From Phoronis australis (taxonomy: Eukaryota; Animalia; Phoronida): a stretch of DNA of 64,000 bases. The notes beneath the pieces were generated by a model. The model saw nothing but the letters and a program-made list of their open reading frames with translations. It was not told the origin of the DNA and ran no database searches. The stretch spans positions 1,902,960 to 1,966,959 of the forward strand of contig NMRA01000014.1 in assembly GCA_002633005.1 (NCBI GenBank), given 5' to 3'. Below are positions 62,789 to 64,000 of the stretch, piece after piece (the stretch's first letter is position 1; each line of letters opens with the position of its first letter). The position numbers and the translations under genes were made by a program.

Positions 62789-64000
62789 TTTCAGCTTACA
62801 ACACACTAAACAATCCCTAAATCCAACGTAGTTGAGTTCTCTACTAACCTATCTTGCCGCAGAATACTCGCCGATGAAAAGTGGTGGCGACAATTGTTGA
62901 AAAACAGCACAAAACAAAAGTAGAATAGAACAGATTCGCACGTTAAAGTCAACGCAAAACCAAGTGGCGGGAAACGCTTGCTTCCTAAAACGTCACTTTT
63001 GGAGTAGCGGACGAGTAATTAATAAAATTACGAAAAGCTGTAATTAAGTGGAAAATATGTCTAGGATAACCAACCAACCTTATTTTAGCTCAAAATGACA
63101 TGGAAAAGGTTGCCTTCGCCTTTAATGCAGGGTGTCAGACAAATTGAAGGACGTTCCACAATTACCGTTGATCTGAGCCAGACGCCACGTCGCCAGAAGT
63201 CGCAAGACATTTACAATGGCCTCTGCACATTTGTGATCGTGTCCACGAACAAGACCTACGCACAAGACAAACTGATTGCCACTGTAATGCTCATAAACCC
63301 TTTTCAGAATTAAACAAAGAGCTGAAAATTGACTGAGTACTTTTCTCTTACGCTCAAAGACTTAGAGACATCGTAAGATTGCCAGACATGGAGTCACAGC
63401 AGCCTTGGCAACAATGACTGCACTTAAAGGAGCCTAAGTACACGCACAGTACAAGCATAGTCACTCTGATTGACATGTGAGCTTTTAGTAGACGTCGCTT
63501 TTATTTGCTAGCATTTGGCCTCGGTTTTCTGAACGGTACTTGCTCACGGGTACGTGTTATTGTCAGATGTGCTTCCATAAGTGAACCTATGATCAAAAAG
63601 AAGTTGTGTTAAGAACACAAACCCTTGTTATTTATTTCGCACTACTTTGGCGGAAGCTTCAATGTGAAATTTCTTTGTTCACAAAACTGTTAATATTCTA
63701 CACTTTGTGAACGGCTTATAGAGTTCATTTCTCACATTGGAAATCACTCTCATTGATACGATTGACGAAAGACTTCGTAGCGTTCGGTAGCCCGATGTTT
63801 CTTGTGAGAAAAGCGAGGTTACGCAAGATGTGCAAAATCTCGCAAATGGAATATAGGCAGAAATGTGCTGAATATATTACTGTCGATGCGCTAAATTTTG
63901 CCTGCAAAGCTCCGTACGAAATATATGAGAATGGAATGTTAATAACATTTTAAATGCCGAGGGAGTTAATTACCCAATTTTTCGATAGCCTGTTGTAGAG

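Larger units (their letters stand above)
61960..63121 (+). mobile_element. Kolobok DNA transposon, copy 2 (spans an assembly gap)
   Basis: TTAA at 61956-61959 and 63122-63125, same TIRs as copy 1. The THAP frame from 62225 has an early TAG. A KolX-like frame lies on the minus strand. Confidence 0.9.

Overview
Eukaryotic, AT-rich, intron-containing invertebrate DNA. The repeat types suggest a spiralian or mollusc-like genome (inference). It is not prokaryotic, and no CRISPR array or rRNA was found. Four host genes can be read: (1) an intronless 499-aa kinase-fold protein lacking the catalytic Asp (238-1737, minus); (2) a 12-coding-exon FBXO9 gene (4930-16795, plus, 418 aa), whose downstream or 3'UTR region holds a densely base-paired GC-rich segment of unknown identity (~18459-18767); (3) a 4-exon type I membrane protein with signal peptide, three ShKT domains, a long Ser/Thr mucin stalk, one TM helix and an FDNPIF tail (26122-31456, plus), with three apparent 1-nt deletions in the stalk; (4) an intronless class A GPCR (53004-53951, minus). 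The rest is mostly decayed mobile DNA: a DIRS1-type retrotransposon, a ~5 kb TTAA-flanked element with Sola3-like transposase relics, a LINE RT scrap, Harbinger-type and Crypton-like non-autonomous elements, MITEs, and two adjacent Kolobok elements. The Kolobok pair carries THAP reading frames, and copy 2 also carries a KolX-like (P2X7-ballast-like) frame. All calls were made by eye, without database searches or folding software.
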